NCBI GenBank assembly: GCA_000442015.1
Contig: KE561071.1
Span: forward strand, 1 to 64,000
Reading direction: 5' to 3'
Origin: Rozella allomycis CSF55
Lineage: Eukaryota
Length of the DNA stretch: 64,000 bases
The notes beneath the pieces are model-generated. The model worked only from the letters and a program-made list of their open reading frames with translations. It made no database searches and was not told where the DNA came from. The position numbers and the translations under genes were made by a program. This document shows, one piece after another, positions 46,314 through 59,009 of this stretch (positions are counted from its first letter, which is position 1; every line of letters starts with the position of its first letter).

Positions 46314-46420
46314 ATAATAAAGATTTATTTAAAGTGAAAATGAATAATAAATTTCAATTTCTATATAAAGAATAAAGATTTATTTTAAATAATGAAGATT
46401 TATTTTAAAGTGATAAAGAT
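46310..46420. repeat. Imperfect tandem AATAAAGATTTATTT repeats between convergent genes
   Basis: Three to four degenerate copies of AATAAAGATTTATTT(T)AAA, plus a duplicated ATGAATAATAA. Confidence 0.6.
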
Positions 46421-49400
46421 CTTTTTCGTTGATCCAAGCAAGGTTCAATTAGAGTCATTCCCAGTTTCTTTCTAGTAAGAGAAGCTCTTTGGTCATTTTC
46501 ATTGATGACTTGAAGGCTAACTTTAACTTTGCCGAATATTTTCAAGCAACGGGGATCATTAATTGAAGAGTCAGAGGGATAAATGCATAAATGTTCAGGA
46601 TCGTATTTAAGATGGTTTGGAAGAGTATTTTTGCCTTGTTCAGAAAGAAAAATCATTCCTTCAATTCCATACTTTGGCACGAGAGCAACAAAACCATTTT
46701 TAACAATTTTGATAATGTAGGCATCTTCAGATTCAAATTCTTTATCTTTTAAATATAACCTTGTGAAAAATTCTATAGAAGCACGTGATGCCATCTGAGC
46801 CATTCTGTGACGATGATTCATAACTATTAACAAGATTAAAAATAATTACCATCGCATTGATCAGAAACTAGATCTTTCTTTAAGAATGCTACATTTGGCG
46901 GCATTGTTTCATAACCAATTGCAACAGCCAATAATCTGTGAACAAGAACATCAGCGTATCTTCTAATAGGAGAAGTGAAATGAGTGTAAATGTCCATCGC
47001 TAACCCATAATGCCAAAAGTCAGATGGCGCTGTAGTTCCTGAACAGAAATAAACAGCCTGCATCATACACCTTGTAGTCATAATTCTAACAATCTTATTA
47101 AAATAAGGATCAGAATCCAACTATTCAAACTAATTCATTCAAATTACATTAATATTGTCAAGTGAATCTGAAAGTGATTTGCTTGTTGAACAATCCAATG
47201 AAAACCCATAAACATTCAACGCTTGTTTCAAAACATCAAAATTCTCATGACTTGGTCTGGGATGTTTTCTAAGAACAGCAACATCTGGAAAACTTTCAAA
47301 TATCTTTTTCGCTACCGAAACATTCGCCAACAACATAAATTCTTCAACAAGCGCATTTGTATCTTTCAATTCTTTCAATTCAACATCAACAGGATCTTGA
47401 CTCTCATTTTCTAATGAAAAACGAACTTCAGGTGATGCAAGAGTCAACGCACCCTGGTCCATTCTTCTTTTACGAATTTTCTTTGCTAATTGATTTAACG
47501 CTCTCATAGAAATTGTGAGAGAATCATTTAAATTCACATCATCAATTCTTTTCTGTGCTTGATCATACGTAAATGATTCTTTTGATCGAATAATGGATTT
47601 CGTAAATTTCGTATTTAATATTTCACCGTTTGGATTCAATTCCCAAATACAACTAAAAGCTAATCTATCAACATTTGAATGAAGCGAACAAAGATCTTTT
47701 AAAATAAACAAATATTAATACTGGTGCCAAGTAGTGATGGAAGCATATCAATTCTTCTATCTACAAGATAAACAGTAGTAGATCTATGTGCAGCTTCTGT
47801 ATCCATTGGTGTGTTTGGTTTAACAAAGTGAGTAACATCAGCAATATCTTTTAAAGCAAAATCAAAAAGTTACGGACACCAACTTGAAAGTTTCCATTCG
47901 GAAGTGGAACACAATGAAGTGCATCATCAATATCTGTACATCCAGGTGGATCTATTGAACACACATCCAAATGTCTCAGATCCATCCTATTGGGAAGATC
48001 TACATCTGTCACTATCCAATCTTTAGATGGAAGACAATCCAACACTGATTGTGTAAACTCATCAAATGGAACATCATTCTCTATCAATATCGCTTCCGTC
48101 TCTGTTTGTCTATCCCCTGCTACTCCCAACTTTCTAAAAAAATGACCACTTGGATATCTAATCTATCAATGTAAAACAAATCTACTTTGAATTTATATCC
48201 CATTTATCTATAGCTACCAATATTCTCTGATTCAAAAGTGATTGCGCTTGTTTAGTCCTGATCCGAATACGTGGAACTCTTTTGTCCATGGGGTTAACCA
48301 TAACGTATAATGAATTCGCATAATTAGGATCTATAGATCCACAATATCTATTTTCCATTTCTATAATATATTACGTTCTCCAGGGTCTTTTTATAATTGC
48401 TACGACTCTGCCACATGGCACTACATTTTCAAGATCTACGGCCATTTCATCTTGTTTATTCTCATCATCTAATTGATCTTCTGTTTCAGCAATAATATCA
48501 TTTAAAGATGAAGACCACATTTCTCTCGGTAATATCTCAACAGCCACACTATCACCCTGGATAGATCTATTCAAATTCTTCAATCCTTTAATAACAACAG
48601 ATGAAAATCCCAATCCTTCTGAATCAACAAAAATCGATCCTTCATGTGGATTGTACATTGAAATACTCAATGTGCCCTGGTAATACCTCTTTGATTGAAT
48701 CCCTTGCATTGCAGCCTCTAATGAAACATGCTACTCTTTCTATAATTTATTTTTTACATTATCAAACTCAAACACCGCCTTATCATCATTCTTTTCAAAA
48801 CTATCTTCATTATAAAGCATATCAGCCAATTCAGGCAAATTCTCAACGGTCTCAACATAATCCCTCACTGATATCGCTATCAGCCCATTCTCCAATGCCT
48901 TTCTTTTATTTTCCGCATCATCAGTCAAAAACACAACTTGAATATTCAATCCCAAATCATTCACATGTTTCTGCATCCAAATAGCTACATTTCTAATAGC
49001 TTTTATATTCATTCATCTATATTTACCTCTATCATTCCTATCGTTAATCGTTTCCCCTTGCTCCTTTTCAACATGCATTCCACGATGATGCTCATTAGCC
49101 AATGTAAAGTATCTCTTGTCACTCATACATTTCAGCATTTTGTTATAAAGAACAAGACTTCGGTGTCTAACTTCATCCATAACCTTTGTGATTCTGTATA
49201 TTTCTCATTACTGTTTGACACACTATTACATCGTTCATAAATGGATGCATTATTATATCATATTGGTGAAGAAATACATTAGTGTCAGGTATTATAATGT
49301 GTGGACCATATATTGTAGATCTTGATGTTTCAGGCGGGTTTAGTGCCTTTTCAGTTGGTGTTGGCGTACATTTTGTACAAGCTAGTAACCCACACGATAA

Positions 49401-49484
49401 ATCATCTCTCAAATAATGCTCTTGCACTATCTTTGTTATCGTGCCTTTCTTTGTCTTTTTTAAAAACTGTTTTTTCTGTAACAT
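46405..49484 (-). CDS. DIS3: Exosome catalytic subunit Dis3/Rrp44
   Basis: [51 protein letters not shown]; many short introns. Confidence 0.97.
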
Positions 49485-49587
49485 TTTCGAAAATTACAAG
49501 GGTTGAATTTGGAATGTTATATAAAGGTAGAATCTCTTGTAAATAAAAGGTAGAATTGTAGATAAATTTATTGTTTTAAAATTTAAT

Positions 49588-51470
49588 TTAAATGCAAAGA
49601 TCAAGTTTCTTTAACACTTTTTGAGCTTCAGGACTTATCATGCTGTGGGGTTTTTGGTATCTTGATTCAGAGAGTCTAGATTCGATCTGACTTAGTTTGA
49701 ATGAAAGATTTCTATTATGTCTATTACAATACTTTAAATTAGTTACTCTGAAAGCTGATAAATTACACGCTGCAAATCATTCTCATTTACATTGGAATCA
49801 TTTATCGTATTAGTAGCTTCGCTCTTGGAATTGGAAAATGTGTTTGTGGCTTCATTCTTTACAGGATTTGGGCTGGTCAACGTACCTGTCTCTTTCAACT
49901 GCCTTGGAATAGGGACTAGAGAAGCTAAAGTTAGTGGCTCATCAAATAAACTGTCGTCATCAGAAACCTGAATGGGATAAAAGTTGGGCGTTCCGTTGTT
50001 TTGCTTTCCAGAAGATTTAAATGATTTTGATTTCTCAAAGAATGAATTGTCCATTTGTGAAGTGGGGCGGGATGATGAAAAAAGAGAAAATTTTAATGGC
50101 GAATTTGAATCCGATGCATTGGATTTCTTTGAAGGTGATGGCGTCCTGTTCTTTGAATTCGCGCTTTTTTTATTAACGCTGTTTTTGGATAATTCTTGTT
50201 TGTTATCTTTGAAAGACTTTATTTCGCTTGAATCCATTTTATAATCTTGAAGAATTTTTGAAAAACTTAATTCTCTTTCTGTTAATTCTTTATGCTTTTC
50301 TTCATAGTAATCTTTAATGGATGCCATTAAGGACTTCAATCGTTCCTCTTGCCTCACGAGGGTAAATTCTCTGGCATCCAATTCTGTTACTTTAATAGAA
50401 GCGTCAGATTTTAATTTAATATTAATTTCAGCTTCTAATTCTTTTATTCTTTTATTTTGCTTGCTGTTCAACTCTTTCATCGCCTTCAATTCAGCATTCT
50501 TTTCATTTCGTAAGTTTTCTAATTCTTCCTGGTGATTATTTTTTGTGTTTTCAATAGTTTCATGGCTATCTTTGTTATTAGACTTCAATATCTCAATTTC
50601 CTCATAGGCTTGATTTAGTTTATCTTTCAAAATTTGGTTCTGGTCATTCAAATCTTTCACCATGGTCTTGTATTCAGATTCAATTCTACTCATATCTTTA
50701 GAAACATTAATTTTAGATTCATTGCATTCCTTTAAATGGTTTTCATAATTTTGTTGAACTTTTTCCACTTGATTCTTTAAATTTACAATTTCAAGGTTCT
50801 TTTCACTAATTAACAGTTCTAATTCTTCAATTGTATCATTTTTATTTGTAATTTTTTTATTCAATTGATTTATTTCGTTTTTCAATGTACCTAAATGTTT
50901 TGTCAATTCCAATTTTTCATCCTTTGATCCTTCAGCCTCCAGTTTTAATATTTCCTCCTTTAAATTTCCAATTTCACGGCTTAAATCCACCTCATGCTTT
51001 AACAATTTGTCATATTTAGATTTTAATAATTCATTCTCTTTGGACAGGCCACGCAATTTAGATTCAACCGCTTCGTCCTCTTTCTTCCTTTGGTGTTCTT
51101 TATTCTCAACCAAATCANTTGGTCTTCTTTATTCTCAACCAAATCAGATTCAAACGAATATCTCCTCTGACCTGGAGTTTTACTTTCAGAAACAGATATT
51201 GGAATGCGGGAATCTTTAGAATAAAATGTATCTGGTGGATATTCCCTTGGAGGGGATACATTTTTCGGGATGCTTTCACGAGATGAACTTGAAGCCTGTA
51301 AAATTGAAGACCTTATTCTTACCGACTTTACTGACCTTATTTCCTCGTAGCTTCCGATATTCACTATATCTTTTTTTGGCTTTTTGTCCTGAAATTTTTT
51401 CAGCTGAATAATATTTTGGAATGCAGTTTACCCTTTTAATAGCAAGATCCCTCGTAGAACTATCAGACAT
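49588..51470 (-). CDS. Long coiled-coil protein with Ser-rich disordered regions
   Basis: ORFs 51023-51364 and 49743-51113 are joined across an assembly duplication at N 51118; heptad-rich. Confidence 0.65.
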
Positions 51471-51654
51471 TTCGACTTGAGAAATCTATCGGAAATTTCC
51501 AACATGCAAGTTATATTGGGAAACAAATTGATCTCTAGACGTTATCATACATTACAAAATAATTCCATCGCTTTTTGATTGCCATTTCAATGTTCCCTTT
51601 TACAAAAACGTTTAATTTTTGAATTCATATAGTCGATAATCATTTAAAACAAGT

Positions 51655-52431
51655 TTATTCCTTTTCAATTTTCTTTAAATTGGACACAATTTGGTTTCTC
51701 GTATCTTTAGACACAACATGTTCATGTAAACCAATATAAATCTCAAGAAATAGTTTCCCAATTGTTTCAGATTGTACACTTCCCTTTAGCTCGCCCTGTA
51801 AAACTAGAAATCAAATGTTACATTCAAATACAAATTCAGAGATTTTTCTTTCCTTTCAATTATTATTTCATCCCCTTCTTTAATAATCGAACTTTTTGGA
51901 ATTTGATCCAAAAAATTGTTCAACCTTTCTTCGATTAGTTTTCCCTCTGTAAGTGACACTAAACGATAAATTCTTGTTTTCCAACCTTCGTTTAAATGGA
52001 TATATTTGGTGTCTCTTTTTGCTTTTATTGTGATTGCAACAGGGATAGATGGTGTATCTATTACAGATTGCAATATAGCTTCCCCATCATAAACATCATC
52101 TTCTGGATTATATTTAATCTCCTTTTTCAACGCATAAGAATCGATTGTGACATCAAAGTCATACACATTGTACTTTAGAAAAGCAAACCCCATAGTTCTT
52201 TGTCCTCCCCCAAGTTTAGTAACTTCTCCATAGTCATTGAACATATCTAATGATATTGTAAATAATTCTGTACTGGAATCACAATACATCATTTTTGATT
52301 GAAGGATATAATAGGCAGTGAATGCACCAACGAATTGATATTTTATATTTGAGCGCTATTTTATGTATTTTAAGCTTTATTACTATCATATTTCTAACTC
52401 GAGCATTAAAAAAGGATCTAAAATGGCTCAT
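51655..52431 (-). CDS. Chalcone-isomerase-like mitochondrial protein (Aim18/Aim46-like)
   Basis: Presequence-like exon, LGGGQRTMGFAFLKYNVY, LYLN|GELKG and FLEIYIG; the start could alternatively be 52479. Confidence 0.65.
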
Positions 52432-52545
52432 GACCAATGAAGATGTAAAACTGAAATTTAGAAAATTGGAAATTCTCATCCATGAATACTAATTAGTCGA
52501 CATGAATTGAGTGACATTCATTAGGAAAAGTTATTAATAACATTT

Positions 52546-53824
52546 ATGAAAAGCGAACACAGAATAACAAAAAATTGAGAAATTTATGGAACTCCTTTTA
52601 CCCATCCCATCTGATATATTACAGAAAGAAGTCGGTAAATATTAAAATCTCTATGCAAAAGATGATTGGAATGTATCCGATACCGCGTGGAATGATATTT
52701 CAGAGGAAGATGATGATGCAGATATTTTGCCAGAGAATATTTTAGTTGATTACAACGGACTTTCACTTGTAATCGCACAAGATTCATGCTTAAATTTGAT
52801 AACACCGAATATACCTCCCATAAAGCGATTTTTGAGCTTTATAATCTCTTGTTCAAAATTAAGTAACGAGTAAAGTTATCACTTAAAATTGATGGTAAGG
52901 CTTTGTTTTTTCGGCTCTGAATTCGGCGACTTTGGAATTATTAGTAATGTAAGAGATAAAAATGTACTCTATAGAATGGGGAATTAAAATGCCTAAAGAG
53001 GATTCACAATGAAAAAGTGCTTGAAATAGAATTATTTGATAACTCCGTAGGTTTAATTTTTGAGGATCAAACGCTTATCATTATTGATTTAAATGATATT
53101 CTTCAAGGAGGCGATCCACAATTTAAAAGGTGGTCCTTAAAAGGGATGAATGTCATGAAGCTTTTAAAGAATAGCACAAAGTTTCCCTTTGATTTCTTTG
53201 AGTACAAGCCTCAATATAGCAAGTTATTGGTATTGGGATGTGGGAATAACAAACCACTTATTTCTATTTATGGTATTTCTGAGGATTCGATTTATTCGAC
53301 TGCAGTAGAAGCAGCGACAAAAATAGCCTCAAGGTTGACATCTGCGGTTTTTGGAATAGCCAAATCGTTTGTAAGTGAATCTAATAATAGCAATGTTGTT
53401 ACGCCACCCCAGCCGCTGCCGTTACTTGAATCCTTATCGTTTGATCCCTCGCAAGAAGGCAACAAAATAGTCAATGGTCCTCAAAATAGTGGACTAGCAC
53501 TCGTTTTTGATTCTTTCGGTAGAATTCTCTTATTAGATATTTATCAATTTGTAGTGCTGAGGGTTCTCAAGGGATACAGAAGTGCCAACGCAGGATTTAT
53601 TAATCATAAAGATAAACTTTACATTGTTTTAGACCACAAAAAGCAGGTAGTTTAGGTATCCTTTTACAAAGTAGATTGAGTTTTGGTCCGTCTTTCCCTG
53701 GCATTATCATTCATGTTTCCGTGTCACAAAAGATTACAATCTTTTATATAATTCCATGATAGGATTAACCTTTTTGTTTTCTTCGTGCGGAGTTTATTCT
53801 TTAAATAAATTAATTGATTTGTAA
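52546..53824 (+). CDS. Rab3GAP regulatory subunit (RAB3GAP2) N-terminal domain protein
   Basis: DSFGRILLLD...LRVLKGYRSA motif, followed by a spliced stop at 53824. Confidence 0.7.
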
Positions 53825-53862
53825 TTTTGGAAATTTCTGTTTTGTTCACACTAAAGTCCAAA

Positions 53863-55833
53863 ATGGCTTCTAGCCCTGATCAAGATAACATAGCACAAGT
53901 GGAACAAAACATTTTGCAAGTTTCAGCTGCAGCTTTATTACAGGAGGAGACTGTTTCTTCGTCTTTGTCATCATCTAATGACATCCCGCTCTCTCCAGTC
54001 ACACCAGCTCAAAATCAAGAAAATAAAGCTTTTGACTGGGGCGATCAACAATATGAAACAACTGAAAAGAAAAAGAATATTTTATCTAGGTATTTATCAT
54101 GTCTCCCGCCTTGGCTGAGGACGATTATCTATATTGTCATAGGATCTGGCTTAATTGTCTTTCCATCTATATTAGTTTATGTTTTTGTTCCATTTACAAC
54201 ATATTCTTTATTTGTCTATCGAGAACCACAAGATACAAACCCGTATATGGAATTCCTTCGTTGGTCTATTTATTTGGCAATTATTTATGCGTCTTTTATA
54301 TTTTCAAGATTCTTCACTAAAAGATTGCCTGTTTTCGCTCTCTGGATGGTTCAAGTGTCTCAAGTGTCCGTGACAGAAACAGTTAAAACAAGGTTGGAAT
54401 ATATCGTCGCGTTACAAATATATATATCCAGATTTTTGTGGACAATTGTAATTTTTGTAGCAACATCTGTGTTTTTCACTTACACAGCAACATCGGTAAC
54501 ACCGCAAACAGCACCTTATCATTGGTTTCTTATAAAATTTGCCATTGTTTTCTTGGTTTGGTCTGGCTTGATCTTATTTGAAAAACTTATTTTGCAGGTC
54601 ATTGCTGTTCAATTCCATAAAGTGGCATATTCAGATCGAATTAAAGTTAACAATTACAATTCTGTAGTGTTAGACAAACTGAACAAGGCGGTTTTATCGC
54701 ATGCTAAGCATAAAGCGAAAAAAGCTAATCATTCTTCAAGCCACGACCATGTAGATAAAAAGAAAAACCTAAAAGATCGTCTGGGGTCCAAAATCCAAAA
54801 CGTTACTGAAATTGCGGGAATTTCAAACCTTTTGCAGTCAACAAGATATGCCTTCACTGCTACGGCAAATGCAGTAGTTGGAAAAGAAAAAGTAGAATTG
54901 AATAGCACAACAGAGGCAAGAAAACTAGCCAGGAAAATATTTGAAAGTATATGTCCAACAGGAAAAGACAGCATCACTGTTGAGGATTTTTATCCTTATT
55001 TCAGGACTGAAGAAGAAGCAAAAGAGGCCTTTCTTCTTTTTGACAAGGATGAAAATGGAGATATATCTAAGCAAGAGATGGCGCTAGAAACGGTCGCAAT
55101 TTATCAAGAAAGAAAAAGATTGGCAAGATCAATGCAAGATTTGGGCCATTGTGTTGGAAAACTAGATAATATTTTACTTTTCATTGTATTTTTCATAATG
55201 GTTGTAGTGACTTTTCCCATATTTGAAGTAAATATCACAGCTGTTCTGGCTTCCTTTGGCACCCTACTTTTAGGTTTAACTTTTGTCTTCGGTGGAACTG
55301 CTCGAAATATATTCGAAAATATAATATTTCTATTCGTGATTCATCCTTACGATGTCGGTGATAGAGTTCACATTGAAGGACAAACGATGGTTGTGAAAGA
55401 AATTGGGATGATGTTAACATCGTTCCAACTTGGCGATGGACAAATAGTTTATATTCCACATACAAAGCTTGTTTCAGTTAACATTCAAAATTATCGCCGA
55501 TCTGGAAATATGTCAGAGTCTGTGGAGTTGTTTGTTAGCTCTTCAATTACCGCAGAAAAAATAGCTGCGATAAAACAATTATGTATCAAATATTTAGAAA
55601 ATTCGGGAAGAGACATTCCAGAGAAGATTTCGGTTTCGGGATTTGATATTGTTGATCCTACAAGGATTAGAATAGTTTTAAGTGTAGTTCATAAATTTAA
55701 CTTTCAAGATATGGGATCTAAAAATGAACGAAAAGAAAAGTTTATGACCTATCTAAGGAAGGGTTTACTGGATTTGGGAATACTCTACGACGCCCCGCCA
55801 ACCAACATCAGTTGCAAATTAATAAAAGACTAA
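53863..55833 (+). CDS. MscS-like mechanosensitive channel with EF-hand (Msy1/Msy2-like)
   Basis: IAVQFHKVAYSDRI, EF-hand DKDENGDISKQE, FLFVIHPYDVGDRV and NYRRS. Confidence 0.92.
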   Translation: MASSPDQDNIAQVEQNILQVSAAALLQEETVSSSLSSSNDIPLSPVTPAQNQENKAFDWGDQQYETTEKKKNILSRYLSCLPPWLRTIIYIVIGSGLIVFPSILVYVFVPFTTYSLFVYREPQDTNPYMEFLRWSIYLAIIYASFIFSRFFTKRLPVFALWMVQVSQVSVTETVKTRLEYIVALQIYISRFLWTIVIFVATSVFFTYTATSVTPQTAPYHWFLIKFAIVFLVWSGLILFEKLILQVIAVQFHKVAYSDRIKVNNYNSVVLDKLNKAVLSHAKHKAKKANHSSSHDHVDKKKNLKDRLGSKIQNVTEIAGISNLLQSTRYAFTATANAVVGKEKVELNSTTEARKLARKIFESICPTGKDSITVEDFYPYFRTEEEAKEAFLLFDKDENGDISKQEMALETVAIYQERKRLARSMQDLGHCVGKLDNILLFIVFFIMVVVTFPIFEVNITAVLASFGTLLLGLTFVFGGTARNIFENIIFLFVIHPYDVGDRVHIEGQTMVVKEIGMMLTSFQLGDGQIVYIPHTKLVSVNIQNYRRSGNMSESVELFVSSSITAEKIAAIKQLCIKYLENSGRDIPEKISVSGFDIVDPTRIRIVLSVVHKFNFQDMGSKNERKEKFMTYLRKGLLDLGILYDAPPTNISCKLIKD

Positions 55834-55878
55834 AATTATATTTTAATTTCTATTTATTTTGTTCATACGTTTTTAGTT

Positions 55879-56940
55879 TTATGGAATATGAAAAAAGTTT
55901 GCGACAATGTCACCGTATATTGAATTAAAGAAGCCGAATTGCATATAAGGACTAAGAAAATACCTTGAAGTAAGCATTAGCGTAAAAATGACATAGAAAA
56001 CGCAGAGTAGATTCCACACTTGATGAGGAACAAATGAAGGTTCGAAAGCCAAAGGGGATAAAGCGTTTTCAATCATGACAATTAACCCATGAATAGCAAA
56101 AAACTTAAAGTTGTCTAAAGATTTGATACCGAAGAACGCCCAAATAAGATATTCATGGAAAAGTGCTGAAACAATAAAGGTTGACAGTGCTGCCAGAATC
56201 TTATTTTTTCTCGACGCCTTTTCTTTCATTAATACAGAAAATGCAATTTTATGGAAAGTATCTTTAAATATCATATTCCATCTGCATGACCAAAACTCTC
56301 TTAGACTCGTTGACTTTAAAATGTTTCGAAACATGGGGCGGTAAGCAATTGTTCCACCTACAAAACAGTATGATGCTACAAACATTATTTGGTGAAGATT
56401 AAATAACTGAATATACAAGATTCCAAACATGGCTAAAGTTTCCAATGTAAATGTAAAGTCAATAAAGGCCCAGCCGGGTATTGGGGAAACCTTGTGATGT
56501 TTGAAAAAATATGTCAAATAGAGAAAGAAAAAACATCGCACGGTAAAGTAAATAATTTCCATCATTAAGCTATTTCTCTCTTTAATCCAATCTTGGTGCC
56601 ACTTTCCCGTAGGTTCCACATTCGAAAGTTGAGCAATGAATGATCTAAATGAATCTATAATTCTCCTCTCTTTTGAAAATATGTTTCTCTTATTCTTATC
56701 TGCATAAATGCAACAACGTCTTAGGTAAACAAATGTTGCAAAAGCTTGTAAACCTATATTGAATAATATTGAAGTTGGCCGCAATAGGGATATGGAAGGA
56801 ATGGTCACCAATGTGTCCAAAACGAAAATAGAACATCCAGATAAATTTGTACGCGTTAAAAATGTGAAGGAAAGCATAGAATGGACAGCAAATATAAGTG
56901 CGAACACAATGTTTGGAACAATGACAAATTGGAATGACAT
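55879..56940 (-). CDS. Wax-synthase-like MBOAT acyltransferase
   Basis: STSLREFWSCRWN and FIVSALFHEY in a multi-TM ORF. Confidence 0.88.
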   Translation of the reverse strand: MSFQFVIVPNIVFALIFAVHSMLSFTFLTRTNLSGCSIFVLDTLVTIPSISLLRPTSILFNIGLQAFATFVYLRRCCIYADKNKRNIFSKERRIIDSFRSFIAQLSNVEPTGKWHQDWIKERNSLMMEIIYFTVRCFFFLYLTYFFKHHKVSPIPGWAFIDFTFTLETLAMFGILYIQLFNLHQIMFVASYCFVGGTIAYRPMFRNILKSTSLREFWSCRWNMIFKDTFHKIAFSVLMKEKASRKNKILAALSTFIVSALFHEYLIWAFFGIKSLDNFKFFAIHGLIVMIENALSPLAFEPSFVPHQVWNLLCVFYVIFTLMLTSRYFLSPYMQFGFFNSIYGDIVANFFHIP

Positions 56941-56988
56941 CACGAGGAAATAAAACGCCACAAATATATGACTTAATGAAGTGGAATT

Positions 56989-57778
56989 TTATTGTTCATA
57001 TTCAACATGTTCTTCCGAAGCATTTCTCCTCAAAAACCATTCTTTCTTCCCTCTATTATCTTCTCTCATTTCAGCATATTGAGTCTTAAACTGGTGGACA
57101 AAACCATCCTCCCAGAGCTCCTTTGCTATCCCAAGATCCTTACAGCATCTCATCAAAGCATTAGATCTTAATGCTTCAACAGCATTAGTCATGTCTTTCA
57201 TTCTCATGTTGACGGTTCCTGTACTAAATTAAAAGAACTCCGGTTACCAGTGGCTTCTGTCGCAAATTTACCATTAATGAAAAGAGCATAGTCGCGCATC
57301 AAAACTCCAGAAACAATTTGTAATGGGCCGCGAGCAATCAAAGACCATCCTCCAGGACCAAAGGCCGCAATAAGGATAGTGCGATACTTGATCTCGGGTA
57401 GGTATATTATCCCATCTCTTCTTATTCTAACATCTTCGTTTCGTACGGGGGCTTGAAGAATAGAAAGAGTTTCAACTGACAAATTAAGGTCAGTAGTGCT
57501 CATATTTTGAGGTAAATCACATGCAGGGTACAGCGTAAGCACGTCATCTTTTTCAAGTTTTTTTAACTCTTTAACAGTAGAGTTCATTTGATAACCGTTA
57601 TCCTTGTTTGCTGCATTTGCTGGAAAAGATCTAGTAACTCGACTAAAAACAATTTTTTATCGCGCTTTTACGATTGTTGGTAAAAATTATTGTAGGTGCC
57701 ATTTTGATAATCTTGCAAAAATCTCGTCGAGGAGAACAAACGGCGTTGAAAAGATCTGGAAGCAATTTTTTGAAACAT
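56989..57778 (-). CDS. MGM101: Mitochondrial genome maintenance protein Mgm101
   Basis: Presequence [19 protein letters not shown], then [20 protein letters not shown] and [17 protein letters not shown]. Confidence 0.93.
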
Positions 57779-58071
57779 AGAAAATTCGAAACAATGATCT
57801 GCCACAGTAAAAATGTTAACAAAATGTAATCGGATATTAAGTAGTCTCGCTTAAACGGCCAATTTCTCGTTATTTCAACTTCGATAAAATCAAACTTATA
57901 ATGCGTATCATGCACCTAACTTCTAAAATTCAAGTTCTATTTTTTCAATGAAGACTTTCAAAAATGAATATAAACATTAACACACTTTCAACAATAGATT
58001 TTATGATCCATTGATGTTAGTTCGTACCCTTTTGTAAATTTCACAATAGTAGGAAGGACATTTGTTTATGA

Positions 58072-58500
58072 ATGGAAAAACAAAGACTACCATCACTTTT
58101 TCCTATATGCAAGACATCTGTATTGGCCCATTTATCTGCGTTGGGATATTGCAATATACCGGAGTCGATTGTGAATGAGTTTGTAAACGAACTTCAAGAA
58201 TATGAAACAGTTTTAACGAATAATTCCACCTGTGAGCCGGAATCCCATGAAAAGGAATATGAAAAAGATACATCCGAACCAGTTGACATAATTATTGAAA
58301 ATAGGGCGCAAACTTGCCACAAAACATCAAGAGATTCGGATAGCCATAAAGCAAATGACTGGGATAATAATTTGGAAAGGCCTAAGACAGCTCCATTGAA
58401 TAGAAAGAAAAAGTTTGCTAGTAGAGATCCTGTAAGGTTGTACCGTGAACACCAAAAAGATTGGAAGAAACAAGCTAATTTGCATAAAATTAATAAATGA
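58072..58500 (+). CDS. HYLS1-like centriolar/ciliogenesis protein
   Basis: N-terminal L.ALGY.NIP...EF and C-terminal DPVRLY....W, resembling HYLS1 boxes. Confidence 0.6.
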   Translation: MEKQRLPSLFPICKTSVLAHLSALGYCNIPESIVNEFVNELQEYETVLTNNSTCEPESHEKEYEKDTSEPVDIIIENRAQTCHKTSRDSDSHKANDWDNNLERPKTAPLNRKKKFASRDPVRLYREHQKDWKKQANLHKINK

Positions 58501-58524
58501 TGAATAAAAAGAATAAAAATGAAT

Positions 58525-58982
58525 TTATTTTTTCAGTGCTTTGAAAAATGCAAGACCAGAAACTACAGCTGCACCAACTCCAGCAACAAGCATCATCCCC
58601 ATTAACCCATCTTTTTGAACTCTATCATTAACAATAGAGAGAAGCTTATTCGATTGCTCTGGATGGGTTTTTTGTAATAACAAGCAATATTTTTTGGCTT
58701 CTTTGTATTCTTGAAGTCGTATGCACACTTTCGCCAGCTGAAAATAAACATCAGATTCAGGCACATACGTTTCCAGCAAAATCTTCAGTCTTGAATAGGA
58801 GTCGAGTTGATCCTGCTTCAACGGGGAATGAATCAAAGTGGAGCAATAAGCAAACTCGAGGTAAGGGGTAAAATTCTGTTGTTGAGATTGAAAAACCTGT
58901 TTCGCTTCCTTTAACAACGATTTTATCAATTTACTGTTATTTGGGATAAAGGAAAGTTGCTATCTACATCGATATCTGTCAT
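58525..58982 (-). CDS. FIS1: Mitochondrial fission protein Fis1
   Basis: TPR-like body, KDGLMGM TM anchor and basic tail; first exon joined by a 26-nt intron. Confidence 0.85.
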
Positions 58983-59009
58983 GGAAATTTAATTTTGCGA
59001 AATATCTTA

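Noticed and set aside
46310-46420. Repeat cluster considered as CRISPR-like or a MITE
   Set aside because: Short, irregular AT-rich slippage repeats of poly(A)-signal-like sequence with no spacers, TIRs or TSDs; eukaryotic context.
51090-51146. 28-bp direct repeat flanking an N that frameshifts the coiled-coil gene
   Set aside because: The two copies differ by one base and flank a single N, typical of a contig-overlap or heterozygous-join artefact rather than a biological repeat.
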